Of a DNA stretch of 64,000 nucleotides, positions 1 through 13,493 are shown in pieces (position 1 is the first letter of the stretch; each line of letters opens with the position of its first letter). The DNA comes from Gnetum montanum. Taxonomy: Eukaryota; Plantae; Gnetophyta. The stretch covers positions 1,452,202-1,516,201 of the forward strand of contig MNCI01000556.1 in the NCBI GenBank assembly GCA_015680685.1, in the 5' to 3' direction. The position numbers were made by a program, and so were the translations under genes. The notes under the pieces are model-generated. The model was not told the origin of the DNA and did not search any database. It worked only from the letters and a program-made list of their open reading frames with translations.

Positions 1-1983
1 TCCATTTTTTATGTGTTGCATCCATGTATATTTCTTTACTTTTGCAATGACTTGATTTGGTAAGAAACTTAATTTGAAAGCTTGAGATCATGAGTTCAAT
101 TCTTGTGGGTAATTCTAAGTTATAAAAAGTTCTAATTAGATTCTATATTTTGGGCTATTCCTATGTTTCACTTATTTCAATTGCTAATGCCCCCCAATTT
201 TAGGATAACTTTGTATAAAATATTTTTCCTATTTATATTTTTTGTAGTTTGAAGGAACTACCACTTTAAGTGATGGTAAGGTGGTTGTTTCTCAAGTCAT
301 AAGATCTAAGTTTGATTTTGGATGTAGCAACTTAAATGAAGTTAAAATTTTTCTCATCCATTGACACTTCTAGTATCCTACCTTGGTGAGATGATAATTG
401 AGCTTGTAGTCAATGATCCAATTTCTTTTTGTTTTTTGAGAAAAAAATTTCATTTACAAAAAAATATCTATATTATGATGTCAAGACTCTACTAAATCAT
501 TCCTATGTTTCAAATCTTTTATAAATTCAATGTCTTCATAAGAACATAAAAGAAAATCAATGCAAGAGTAACCCTGAATTCCACTAAAAGTAAATGATCA
601 AGATTGAGGAAATCTAGCAATGCCATTGCAAATGTGAAGAAAAAACATTTGTGCATTCAATTGTAATCTTTAATAATGCCCAAATTATTAGACATTATAT
701 TGCAACTTAATACTTTTTTTTTGGTGGGAACGTACCTTGAACAATATCTCAAAGTAGAAATCATAACCATTTCTTCATTCTAGATAGAGTTAAACACCGA
801 AAAGTATATGAGAAATTTTGCCACAAGTGCAAAGAAATTATTTAATAGTTTCATATTCAACCTGGCACAAAATATATTTAACAATTATGTATTTTTTGAG
901 AACTCAAAGTTTTTACAATAGTCCATACTTTCAAAGAAATGGTAAATGTATTTTTGAAACTTAAACCTAAAGATTTACATACACTGAGATTACCTTGGTT
1001 AAAAATTTATTTTATAGAATTTTTTGTGTGAAAAAAATGATTTGGAGTATGGGAAATTGGTATCTCATAGTCATGTATAAGAAGTTTAACTAGGGAATTC
1101 TATGAAATCAAACTAGGGAATCCTATAAAATTTAGCTAACATATGCCTAGAAAATTAACAAGGTGAAGGCAACAAATTAGGTAAATCAAAAAATATTTGT
1201 CAAATTTCAAAGCACTTTCTTCAAAATTATGCTACTACATTTGAAATTACAATCACTACATCATTCCAAGAAGAACATAAAACTATAAATTTGAAACTCT
1301 AGAAAATGAATAGAGCAAATATACATAGAATTTATGTTGTTAGCACAAAGCTTGTGTTAAACTAGACCCAAGTATAGAAAAGTTTGAATGATGAAACAAT
1401 AACCAAGAGAAAACACCTTTAATATTTTGATTAAATTCACTATCAAGGAGAAAACACCTTGAATCTTCTAAACAAAGTAAGTAAGTAGGAGTTTGCAATG
1501 TAGTATGAGCAACTTGCACATAGTATTTGTCTGACATGAGCTCATGATTTTGAAAAGGTGTTAATGATCAAGGTATATCATAAATGTCCATTATATATGT
1601 TCATTGTAATAAATCTTAGAAAAAAAGAATTGTACATGGAATGTGTATTTCAAATATTTTTGGATTTCCCACTAATCCTTTTCATAGTTAAAATTTATTG
1701 AATCTAAATTTAAACTATAACTATAATCCTACGACTTCATAGATAGTGCTATCCAAGTAATGAATGATGTGGCTAAAAAAAATTGAAAAATGATATCTTA
1801 TCATCTTTAATCAAGTCCAAACTAAGGCTTGAGATTAGGTAGTTATAGATGATGCTTACAACTATTTGCTTAAATTTTATAGATTTATTTACAATTCCAT
1901 TAAAAATTATAATTTCATGGAATACTGAAATATGCATTAAATATAGTACAGGGTAGATTTAGGTTGGGCTTGGTAAAGGTTTA

Positions 1984-3967
1984 CTACTTTTCCTAGACAA
2001 CCTTTCCATCACCAAAGGTGATGATTTTGAAGTCAGTAGAAGGGGTGTTGGAGCCGATATCATTGTTGGGCCCAATTTTAACCATGAGCTTGTCATTTGT
2101 CATGAAAATGTATAGTCTCAACTAGGTAGCCTTCACATTTGATGAGTGGTGAGATAACGCTACACTCAACCATAAGAATATGAGCATTTCACGCATGATC
2201 TGGTCGAACTTTGCAAATGAACTTGTTGTGATATCTAGACAATTACTCATAGATCACAGTTTGTTTTCTTCCCGCTTGAACTAGTATTAGCTTTGTCACG
2301 TATGGTTTTGTCCAGAGTGAGGTGTAAGATGCACTCCTATATTAATGCTACTCCTGGGGCTAATGGAAAATAATATCAAATAAACTAGGAGAGAGAGAGA
2401 GAATATAAACTAGCCTAAGTGTGATGAGCATCCATTCCTTAATCATCCATACACATCTTGGACCTTGTGCATGACTACCACTGGGATTACCAACCGCATG
2501 GCCTAAGTATGCTACTGGGTTACCAAGTAGTCACACTTAAATGCTTGTGATCAAGTCGTACTCATTCTACATTTAAAAGGATTTTAGGGTAAATAGATGT
2601 TAACTACAAAAGCATTAAATAACAATAAAAATTAAATAATTAAACTAAGTGAATGCTGCAATGATGAAGTAATCTCGATCTTTATTTCTTGTCATGTGCA
2701 TGTCCAAGTACATCACACTTGAATAAAGGATGCCATACAATTACAATCATCATACTACAGGCATGCATTGAGAAATAATTCTAACTCTAAGAAGGAAAAA
2801 CTACAAGATTTTGGATAAGGGACTAACAAAGTGCACTGCCTTTTATTTATAGTCTCACACGGGAACCGCAATATTGCGTATTTGATATCACAGCTGTGAT
2901 ATCAGGGGTCCAATAATAGGGGTTCGATATCGGGACCTATCAGACTTGGTATCTTGTATCAGGGTTCCAATAATAGGGCCTGACAGACCATAACTCATCA
3001 AAGGAAAATGTTGCCTAATTTGATAATGACATTCTTGTACTTGGGATTCATGATGTGATTGTAGAAAATGGAAGGTGTGCCTAGGTAAGTGAAGATGTAA
3101 GTGTAGCCCCACTAAATATTCTTACCATCACTAGAAAATGGCCAATGGCTATGTGAAGGGTGCTACGTCATGATTATTCACAAAAGTGATGGCCTTACCA
3201 AGGTTGGTGCCAATGATATTGTTGGGTTTGCTACCATTGTTAATCGAAATAAAATCACTATTATTGGTAGCATTTTGAAGGATTCCCTTGATGCGGAAAT
3301 CAAAGGTCCCACATTTATTGTTAGTGGAGCCAACCTAGTTTGTAACCATGCTAGTGTCTCTGTTGAAATACTCCTCAATGTAGAAGTCTAGGAAGGTTTC
3401 ATCCACATAGAGGTCACCAAGGTTGCCATCAGCATAGCCCTAGACAAAATCGAAAAGCCAGCCTTGGAAAAAAATGTCGGACTTGAGCTACTTGAGCCAA
3501 TCATTGATCTCCTTTTGCATAGTTGGTTTCTTATGATCCAAGTCTAGCATTGCTATCTAATCCTCCTTGTTGTTGATTTTCTCGATGCTGTAGTTGTAGG
3601 ATTGGTTATTCAAGAAGATGACCTAGACATTCTAGTCAAGCTTGCCATTTCTAGTGCTACCCTTGAAGATGCAGCATTTCCCCTATGAGTCCTGCTTCGA
3701 TCCCATCTTATAATTGATGACAATGCCAAGAATTTCTTATTTTCCTTTGTTTTTGAATGTCAAGATTATAAAGAATAGCTAATTGATGGGACCATACTTG
3801 GAGGTGTTGAGGTTGTAGAGTTGGCCTGAAAGATACCCCTGTGCTATCAAGCTTTGTGATGGTGGTGAAAACCACACGTCCATCATATCCGCTATGGTCA
3901 TGTCAGCAGCTAGTCCAATAATGATGTTGTACCAAGGGCTTGAGCCACTTGTGTCCATGTCCTAGTT
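1984..3967 (-). pseudogene. AMY1: Alpha-amylase (GH13, plant AMY1-type) pseudogene with many stops and frameshifts, split by an insertion at ~2200-3005
   Basis: Manual minus-strand translation: N*D...PWYNII...DVWFSPPSQSLIAQGYLSGQLYNLNTSKYG...GIVINY...GKCCIFKGSTRNGKLD*...DLDHKKPTMQKEINDWLK*LKSDIFFQGWLFDFV*GY...TFDFRIKGILQ...KAITFVNNHD...HWPF...WGYTYIFTYLGTPSIFYNH (3967-3010). C-terminal part KLMVKIGPNNDIG...FKIITFGDGKVV*EK* (~2160-1984). These match the conserved plant alpha-amylase motifs in order. Confidence 0.93.
2294..2985. mobile_element. Probable solo-LTR-like insertion interrupting the amylase pseudogene
   Basis: Non-amylase sequence between two collinear amylase blocks. Begins TGTCA and ends TGACA; contains a GA microsatellite and an internal direct repeat (TATCAGGG-TCCAATAATAGGG at ~2900 and ~2957). 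No clean target-site duplication found. Confidence 0.4.
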
Positions 3968-5233
3968 GCCTACAGTAGCACCTGTCCCTACACCTACATC
4001 TGCACTGCTACTACTATGAACACCAATAATATATTCATCATAATTGAGGCTATGTTTGTTGCACTACTTTTTCTTCTTATTTTGTACTTGTTTATTCTGA
4101 TTTCAACTTTAACTGTATCTTCATCACTATCAAGTCCATGTTTGCTACACTTCTTTTTCTTCTTCTTTCTTACTTGTTTATTCTAATTTTAGCTTCAACT
4201 ATCTAAGTTTCCTAGCTTGGTTGAACATTAACTCTACCAATTTAAAGTTGATTTTCTATTCTGTGTTCTCTACCATTAGATTTAGTTTTAGGTAGTTATC
4301 AAAGATCACTTATCCATTCATACTTATCCTTGATGGTTATCCTCTTTAATTTTTCTATGGTAAATTATATAAGCCCTAGATTTATAGTCATAATCATTTC
4401 TCTAAGTCACTATCTAAATGTTGTATGTACACCATTATTCAATGAAAGTAATATTTATAAATTAGGGTACACATTGAGATGAAAAATATATTAAATAATA
4501 AAAATCATCCTCATTATGCTAGCCTTATCTTAAGAAAATACCTATATTTTTTAGTCTTATTTTTTTTATTTCCATATTTGAATCTAAAATAATGAAAATA
4601 TAGGTATACTCCAAGACATGTAGTCAAATTAGGCCTTTATAACTCAACATTGCCTACTGGAATTAAACCCATAAACATCCTTCTTTGTCAAGACCTTGAA
4701 TTATATTTTGTATGATATTTAGTTTTTCTAAGTTCCCAAACTATTGAAGTTAATTTCCATGAAAGACGTTAAGGAGAAAGATCAACTTTACCATCTAGAA
4801 CATTGTCATCTTTTAATTTCTTCTTAATGGAAGAACTACAACTACACTCATTGGCCCTTGGAGATAAATAAAGAATAGGAAGCTGCTTAACCCTTATTTT
4901 ATTTCTTATTTTATCTATTTTTATTTCTTTATTTAATTTCTACTCTTGAAATTAGGTAAAAAAAATATTCTCAAGTGATAGAAGTTAAGAATACCTTCTT
5001 TCACTGAGGTAACATGAAAATACGAGACGCACATACTATATCTTTGGTTAAGGCTTCTAATTGGTAGTTGATAGAATCTTAATTCACTTCTTGTTATTAC
5101 TAGAAGAATTAATAAAATATGTATATTTATTTTCCTTAGTTATCTTTCTTAGTTATATTTTTGTTATAGATGAAATAGTAGAATACTAAAACCATATTTG
5201 AAAAGAAGAAACAAAAGCATTAGAGCATATAGA

Positions 5234-6157
5234 AATATCCATATACAGACTTATTTGAGAATGAACAAAATTTGAGGGATTTTTTTATCATATCTATATT
5301 TCTAAATGGTTCTATTTGATAACTATGATGTGTAATTATTATTATAAAATCCTTAATGAGAATTATCTCTTACCTTTTACATTAGTCTACATTTGTGTTA
5401 AACCTTTTGCTTGACTAGTTAGTGAATATGCTTAGGATTTTGCTATACATCCTTCCAAGAGATATTTCATTTTCTCAACCATTGAATCTCGTAAAAATGC
5501 CAACCATGATCTTACAAATCCTTAAGAACAACTTTAGAGAATTTTTCTTACCTTGACATATGTAATATATAAGTGTATGTAATGAATTGGCATAAGGCTT
5601 ATGTTTCAAAAGGTAGTAAATAAAATTTACATAATAACATTGAATAAGGTGTTTGCATCTTCACCTTTAACTCATCAAGAAGAAAAGGTTTTTGCAATCC
5701 TTCAATATCCATATGTGGACTTATTTGAGAATAAAAAAAAAGCTAATAAGGGTAGTTTATCACATTTGTATTTCTAAATGGTGTCATTCCATAACTACGA
5801 GGTGTAATTATTATTATAAGATCCTTAATGAAAATTATCTCTTACCTTTTACATTAGTTCACATTTTTGTTAAACCTTTTGCTTGATGATTTGATGAATA
5901 TGCTTAGGATTTTACTATACATCCTTCAAAGAGATATTCCATTTCCTCAACCATTGAATCCCTTGAAAATACTAACTACAATCTTGCGAATCCTTAAGAA
6001 CTACTTTAGAGAATTTTTCTTACCTTGAGTTATGTAAGCTATAAGTGTTTAATGAACTGGAATAAGGCTTATGTTTCTAAAGGCAATAACTAAAATTTAC
6101 ATAATAACATTGAGTAATGTGTTTTCATCTTAACCTTTAACTCATGAAGAAGAAAAG
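5234..6157. repeat. Tandem duplication of a ~455-bp unit (5234-5688 and 5704-6157)
   Basis: Both copies start AATATCCATAT..GACTTATTTGAGAAT and end CCTTTAACTCAT.AAGAAGAAAAG, and are collinear throughout with scattered substitutions. Confidence 0.9.
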
Positions 6158-6232
6158 TGGAGTAGGTTCACTCTAATAATTAAATCACCTTTGACACACT
6201 AAATACAGATATTATGAAAAGATAAAATTATT

Positions 6233-9200
6233 TGTTAGAAATCAAGAAACCAACTAGTTATCTTTAATTTCTTTATTAGAATATTATAATAGGATTCACA
6301 TAACCCACAAGCATCCAAAATCTCTCATAATCAATCGATATTGCAAAGAATGAGCCTCTACAACCATATAATGGCTATTCTCAATGCAAGACACAACCAA
6401 TAGAAATCTCTCCCATAACTCAAGACTAAGAGCTCAACTCACAAGTGAGATACAAGAGAATTGAACACATAGATCAACATACCACAAGCTGATCTTGGAG
6501 CTGCAATTAGCAGTTGTACTCATCTAATGTACTCATCCACTCTCTCTTTCCTAGCTCTCCACATTCAAGAACATTCTCTCTCAATCCTTTAGCATACAAG
6601 CTCTCTCTCCTTAGATACCATATCTTCTTCTTTCTCGTGGATGGATACATACATAATTATAGAGATTCCAAATATTATGAAGCTTTCTATTTCCCTGTCT
6701 AAATGTTTTCCACAAGGATCTAGAGTCTTTTAGATTTTTCTAATCAAAATACCATGTTAGAGCTTTCTCCCTCACCATCTTAAACATCTCTAGTTTTACA
6801 TACATGTCTACTGTTAAAGACCTACTTTTGGGTGAGATGTCTATTACTTTTGGTAGATGTCTACTTTGGTCCATAGACATCTATACTCTTGATTTGATGT
6901 CTTAGCTAAAACTTCTGTCTTTCTAATTAGACATCTATCCTATATGCGCCAAAAATAAAAATTCTTGTTTTGATGCCTAAAACCTTTGAATTCCTCCAAG
7001 TAAGTTTCCATAGGCCCTAGAACCTCTTAAACTCATCAAAATGAGTCAAAACATCTCCAAACATGAAAAATTACCTAAGAATTTAAATTATAAAAAATTA
7101 ACATAAGAAGACATAACAAAATAGGACAAACTTGTCTATGTCTCCTTCAAGTGCAAAAACCTGCAAAAATAACTTGTAGGAAAAACACAAGGGAATTGGA
7201 AGAGGTGTTTCCACATCAACTCTCCCATCCTTCAAATAGTGAACTCATGTGAACAAAAAAGTAGGGGTAGAAGTGATTTCCCACTCAACAAGTTTGTTCT
7301 CATGGATCGATATAGCATCATCAATGGATTGATCCTTCAAATGAATGAATTATTCATGCCTCTTGATTCCCCAAGTGCTAGAATCATTCCTCTAGTTGGG
7401 TATAGTTGCCTTCAACTACACCAAAGGCTTGGACTGATCAATAGCCCTATTCAACTCATCAATGTTACACTATACAATCTTATCATCAATTGGTCCATGA
7501 TAGTGCACAAGATTTAAAACATTAAACATAAAATACGTACCAACATCATTTGGTAAATTAATCTCAAAAGTATTATCATTAATTTTAGCCTTAATTTTGA
7601 AAGCTCCCATCTTCTTTGCTTTCGATTTGGAGAAGTTAATACCTCTTAACCACTTCTTCTTCAAGTACATCCAAAATAAGTTACCAGTAGTAAAATTATA
7701 CTTTTTATTATCTTTATTACTCTTAAAGACTCTATCTTTAGCCTTATTCGCAAGATTTAATTTCATTTATGCATGGGGATCCCTCATCTCTTACAGAAAA
7801 ATTAGAACTAAGTCGAGATTCACCATCAAAGGTTTTTCCAATTGTAACACTGAAAAGCCTTATCATACAAAAAATAAACTTTCTTCTTGGTGTTAGAAAG
7901 TCTCTTACTAATCTTTCCTCCACCATAAAATTATAATGTAGATTTCCTTCATAATGTCCATCCATTTCATAGCTAAGATAATTAATTTCATCACTATTAA
8001 TGTTTACATCAACATCAATAATGATATTCTCATAATAAGTACTACCATAGTCATAATCATCAGGGAAATTATCATTATTAGTCTTGTTCTTACCAACAAT
8101 GGAATCCAAAGTTACATTGCTTCAATCATGTACAACATAACTCAAAACTTCATCATAACGATCATGATGCTCATGATCACAACAAAAGAAAACACTATCA
8201 AGCTAAAGTGAAAAACTAGAATCCAACACACTAGCTTCCACATAAGAGACATTACTACCATCTACAAGGTAAAGCTTAGACTCACTTACCTCATCATGGC
8301 TTCTCTTATTCACCTTTGATTCAACTTGATCTTTAACATGTTGTTGTTTACTCTCATCATAGCTTAAAGCTTCAAGATTTCTCATAGAAGTCTCCAATTC
8401 CAATGGTTTCTTCTTTTCAAATGAATCATCATAAACTTCTACAATCCATCTTGGAGGTACTAACTCAAAATTCAAATTATCCTTCATCACTTGAACATCA
8501 TATTTATCACCTAAACAATTGTTCTTCCACTTAACTTGATGAGAAGACTCACCTCTCTTCCAGGAGATAGCATCAACTTGGTAGATAATCTTCTTTTTCT
8601 TGTTTCAAGGTATAAAATAATTACAAAAATAATAAGTATCATACCTTCTAGTAATGTAATTTATCCTTCTTGAAGAAGTCCCTTGATCCTTGGCACTCAT
8701 TTGGTCTTGATCTTTCACCTCCCATGACTTATGAGTGAAGAACTCTTTTTGATTAGCCACATACACCATCTTGGACTGTGAAGATTACTTGCTCTCTTTG
8801 ATAAAGCTCTTGGCCCCCTCTTTTGAAATTTTTAAGTATTGAACACTCCCTTACTCAATAGGAGATGGTTAAGAAATCCCTTTCTCATTGATCTCCACTT
8901 TACCAAACTTTTCATCTTCCTTCTTGAACACCTTTGAAAATATCTCCTCAAATTCTAACACACCTGTAGGAAGTTTAACCTGCATATCATCATGGTTAGT
9001 AAGAATTGTTGTCATAACAATAAAAACAAAGCTAGTTTTATCATATTCCTTAATATATTCCTTCTCTTTTAGAAGGTTTAAGGAAGCATTAAGTGAATTT
9101 TTCTACCTCGCATGTTTAGTTGTCATAGAAATCAGATCATGGATTCGATTAGGTGTAGCAACCCTCCACACATTTCTTGCTTCATCAAAGTAAGCACCAT

Positions 9201-9600
9201 TGTTAAAATTTGAAGGTCTACCAAGAATTACATCAACACAATATATTGGAACCACATCACACTTCATAGCATCATGAAAACTTATAATTTTAAATTTCAA
9301 AGTACATTATCTCCTCACCTCTTGGGAAAAATATTTAGAAAACTAATGCATCTTATAGGGTGTCAAATGAGGATTAGTTACCAATTCTAATCTGGCAACT
9401 ATCCTAGATGAAATAACATCTTGTTGGGTTTCTCAATTAACCAAAACATGAATCCATTCCTTACTAAGAAAATTTCTAGCTCCAATTTCAAACAAAAATT
9501 TTCTATCAAGATGATCTCCTCTCTTTACATTTCACATGAATGTACAAGTATTTTATTCAGAAATATCTTTAATCTCTAGAGAATTAGCATTACCTCTCTG
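6233..9600 (-). mobile_element. Element E: degenerate Ty3/gypsy chromovirus-like remnant (protease, K/E/D/N-rich spacer, integrase C-terminus, chromodomain remnant, PPT, ~1-kb 3' LTR)
   Basis: Protease-like CDVVPIYCVDVILGRP (ORF 9103-9300). Integrase GPY/F region FTTGNLFWMYLKK...MGAFKIKAKINDNTFEINLP...FNVLNL (ORF 7470-7766). Chromodomain-like remnant at ~7270-7400. Purine tract GAAGGATGGGAGAG before TGTGG at 7215. Candidate LTR end TAACA at 6233. Confidence 0.75.
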
Positions 9601-10791
9601 AAGATTTTGGCTTGATATATTTTCCACCTTTTATTGCAACTGAAAATTTTGATTGCTACAACAAAAAGTAATGATTTTCATATAAGTAGTTCCCCAACCT
9701 TGAATCCCTAGGGCCTCCATGATAAAAATGGGTTTTGAGGTACCCTAGCTAGTTTGATAGATCAACTAGGGCCTCATGAGATGCAAAATGTGGGAATATA
9801 AACAAATCCAAATAATACACAAAAAATGAAATTTAATTTTGAACACAAAACTTAAAACTTTGTTAATAAAGAATAAAAAATAAGTTAGAGAAATATATAC
9901 AAATGGTTCCTAGATGCGAAAATAAGGGGATTTACTTGTACAAGATTTCAAGGCCCATTGAAGCCAATGTGATGTTCTCCACAATCTAGGTGTTAAGCCA
10001 CTCTTATTGTTATTGAACCTTCATTCACTAATACAACCTTGGATATACCAAGTGGGTCATTATTTGGGAGGTGTGAAAGATAAATAATTTGGATGCCTAG
10101 TTTCTCCAGGCTAGGTTTTAAATCCCAAAAGTGCAATGTTAACACCAAAAATCCACCAAATATCAAGGTGACAATGCTTCCACACTAGGGTTCAAGAGAA
10201 TGCATGTATGGGAACATACAAGAGCTCTTGAGTGCTTGAAAATGCTCCAAGTGTGGAATTGTGTGTATGAAAATTTCTTGTAAGTGTTGGATGTTAAAAA
10301 TGCTAAACTATAAATAGTAACTAGGACACACCTTTTTCATTGGAGATGAATATTCCACATTGAGATCTCCACCTTGCTTGTTGAACTGGATGGTCAAAGT
10401 TGAAGGGTATGAATTGATGAATTTGGCTTTCTGTGGCTTCCATGCTAGGAGATTGATTTTTGACACTAAGGGGAGAAACATTCAAGGCTAGGGGTAATGT
10501 TTCTAAGATGGTGGGAAATTTTTCAAGCTAGGAGAAAACTTTCTAGGTTAGAAGAGGAGCGGGGGGGGGAGGGTTGGGTGGTTTGGGGGCGAACTTTCCA
10601 AGTTGTGCATTTGGTCTCCACATTGAAGGAGTGAAAAATTTTCAAACCCTCCATCCTTCCACATTGGGGATAGATGAGATCTACCTTTCTGTAGGTGTTT
10701 CTAATGTAGAAAAATGCATACACCACATAAAACCCATCAAATTACCTTTTCTAGCATTCCAAAAGGCATTTTGAACACCACCACCGCCCCC

Positions 10792-10809
10792 NNNNNNNNN
10801 NNNNNNNNN
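10792..10809. other. Assembly gap (18 N) within a C-run
   Basis: Ns in the sequence. Confidence 1.
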
Positions 10810-11159
10810 CCCCTCAAAAGCCAAAACATAGACACTAGGTGACCTTTTTCACTTGGAAAATGAGGCTTTGACCACTTATGAGGCATTTTTCAGCCCCAAA
10901 AGTATAAACTATCTAAAATTGTCCATTGTGGGCTACCATTTTCACATTTACAATGAAATTTCACCTTAGGTTTTATGCATTGAAAGCTACATGATGAAGA
11001 TTGATTATAATATGCAAAATTTTGTGGTCTTTTAATGGCCCCTTATTATTGGTGCCTAGAGAATTGACCTACAAGGAATCAACAAAGAATACAGAACACC
11101 ATTTCATATTATAACACTATAATGGATACATGCCACATGAGAATTAAGCTATCTAGGTA

Positions 11160-13493
11160 ACCAATGTTGCTTGTTTAAGGCTATGGTGGGCCATGGTACT
11201 AGTTTAAGGCCATGGCAAGCCATGTTCCCAATTTAGGGTCATAGCAGACCATTGAAAGTAGGCTCACTTGTTGATGATTGTTAGCTACATGTAGTATTAC
11301 TTTAGATAGGAATGATTGACTGAATTGACCATATCATTCACATTCATGTTGGCTATTTTGAATGATCCATTCCTGTAGGCTCTAGTAATAAGGAAGGGCC
11401 CTTCCTAATTGGCTAAGAACTTGTTCACATGCTGATAGATAGCCTTGAGAACTAAGGCTCATTTTTCATAAATATGATCATGGCTATGCCAAAATGAGCT
11501 ATAATGTTAGCTAGGATAAAGTTTCAAACTTGTTTAGATGTGGTCTTCCTTAGGGAAATAGCCTCAACCTACTTGGTAAAGTATTCAGTTGTGATGATGA
11601 TGAAGCTATGTCCTATGGAAGACTTATGCATTATAGGTCTAATGATATCCAATCCCCATCATTCAAATGGCCATGTTATCTAGGTTTTATGTAACTTAGT
11701 TGGTGATACATGTATTACGTTGCTATATTGTTGGCATGTGTCACATCGCTTAACCTTTTGTAGGCAATCATTTTCCATATGCAGCTAATAGTAACCTAAT
11801 TATCTAATCTTAGAAATTATGGCTCTAGGTCTATATGTGATTAACAAACACCCTCATGAACCTATAGTCTTACTTAATGTTTTCAAAGGCCTGTTGGAAT
11901 AAATCCATCCATTCATAGTAAACTCCATTCTTAAGCAAGTTTTGCATCGGTTGTAACTTATCCATAAGCCTAATGATAAACCTATGAATAAATTGTAACT
12001 TATCTTGTAATCCTTGAAGATCTTCAGGGTTGTTCAGTGTTTCTAATTTAGATATGGCTTTAACCATATCAGGGTGTATGTGTATCTCTACTTTAGAGAC
12101 TACAAAGCCAAGCATCTTACTAGTCTTAACACCGAAGACACACTTCTTAGGATTGAGTCTAAGATTGTATTTAAGGCATCATTTAAGCACAAGATCAAGG
12201 TCATTAGCATGATCATTGGCTATGTTAGACTTCATAACTATTTCATCTACATAATCATTAAGAAAACCTAACATGTAATCACTAAAGATATAGGTCATGT
12301 TTCTCTAGTATGTTACTCTAGCATTCTTAAGGCCAAAGGGCATCCTAGGATAACAAAAAGTACCCCATGAGATCATAAAAGTTATGCTACGTTAATGCTC
12401 TAGGTTTATCCTAATCTGGTATATCCCGAGAACACATCCATGAAGGATAGCAAGGCATGTTTGGTGTAGTATCGATAAGTTGATCAATACTAGGTAAAGG
12501 GAAGTCATCCTTGATAGTTGCTTCATTTAGGTATTGAAAATTAATGTAAATATGGATACTACTACTTTTCATAGGGACTACCACTATGTTGGATACCCAT
12601 TTTTCATAATTGATAGTCCTAATGAAACCTTATTGGTAGAGCTTTGATATTTCATCATAAACTACCAAGGAAAAATTATGTCTAATCTTGCACACTTTTT
12701 GCTTAACTAGTCGAACTGTAGGGTCTAGTATGATGTTGTGCTAGACTAGACATGGTTCTAGGCCTGGAATATCTTCATATGACCAAGAAAATTCCTTAAT
12801 CGTATTTTGTAAGACTTTGGTGATATCTTGAACACATTGAGACTCTAGTGAGGAACTTAGTTTAAGGGTTTTTCCTTCACCACAATGTGTTGTGATAGGA
12901 ACCTCAACTAGAGAGTCTTTAGTTATGTCTTCCACTTCTAAGTTAGGGGTTTTCTCTATGTTTTCAAGTCATTTTAGAGGTTTCTCTATTGAGGCTATGT
13001 GGTCTACAAGACTCTCAAGCTCAAGATCTAGGCAACCAAGGTCAATACATCATTTAATATCATTGTGAGGTCCATGTAGACACAAAGGCAAACTGATTTT
13101 TTTCCAAGTACTTATACTTTGGTCCTACTTATCAGCCGAAAGCATATTAAGTTTCACATGAATAAAAGTGAATAAATAATGTTAAAATTCCATGAAACAT
13201 ATGTAAATATAATGTAATCAAGGCCATCCAAGGTCATCAATGAGATAAGGTCAATTTGGAAAAGTGCAATAGAGGCAACAAAAGATTACATAAAGGTCAA
13301 ACAAAGGAAACTATAAAGAGTAAAGCTACAAATGATCAATAAAGGTCATAATTTTGCTAGTTTGAGGCCTTAGTAGGCTATCATGGTAGTTTATAGTCTT
13401 GGTGAACTATGATGCCAATTTTAGACCTTAGTGGGCCATGGTCATATGGTACCAAGTAGTGGTCAAGGAAGGTCAAACTCCATTATTTGATAT
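11160..13493 (-). mobile_element. Element A: Tat-lineage gypsy pol remnant (RT, internally deleted integrase, RNase H lost) with flanking short-repeat arrays
   Basis: RT motifs FSWSYEDIPGLEP, DDFPLPSIDQL, MPFGLKN, LGFVVSK..IHIHPDMVKAI (11870-12950). Integrase GLDIIRPI...HSFIIITTEYFTK*VEAISL (11300-11860). Confidence 0.85.

Noticed and set aside
45-330. tRNA/SINE-like A- and B-box remnants (TGGTAAG...GAGTTCAATTC)
   Set aside because: Too degenerate: no cloverleaf, tail or TSD.
3170-3391. ORFs 3170-3391 (+), 3178-3378 (-) and 2888-3112 (-)
   Set aside because: They are antisense or off-frame shadows of the amylase pseudogene.
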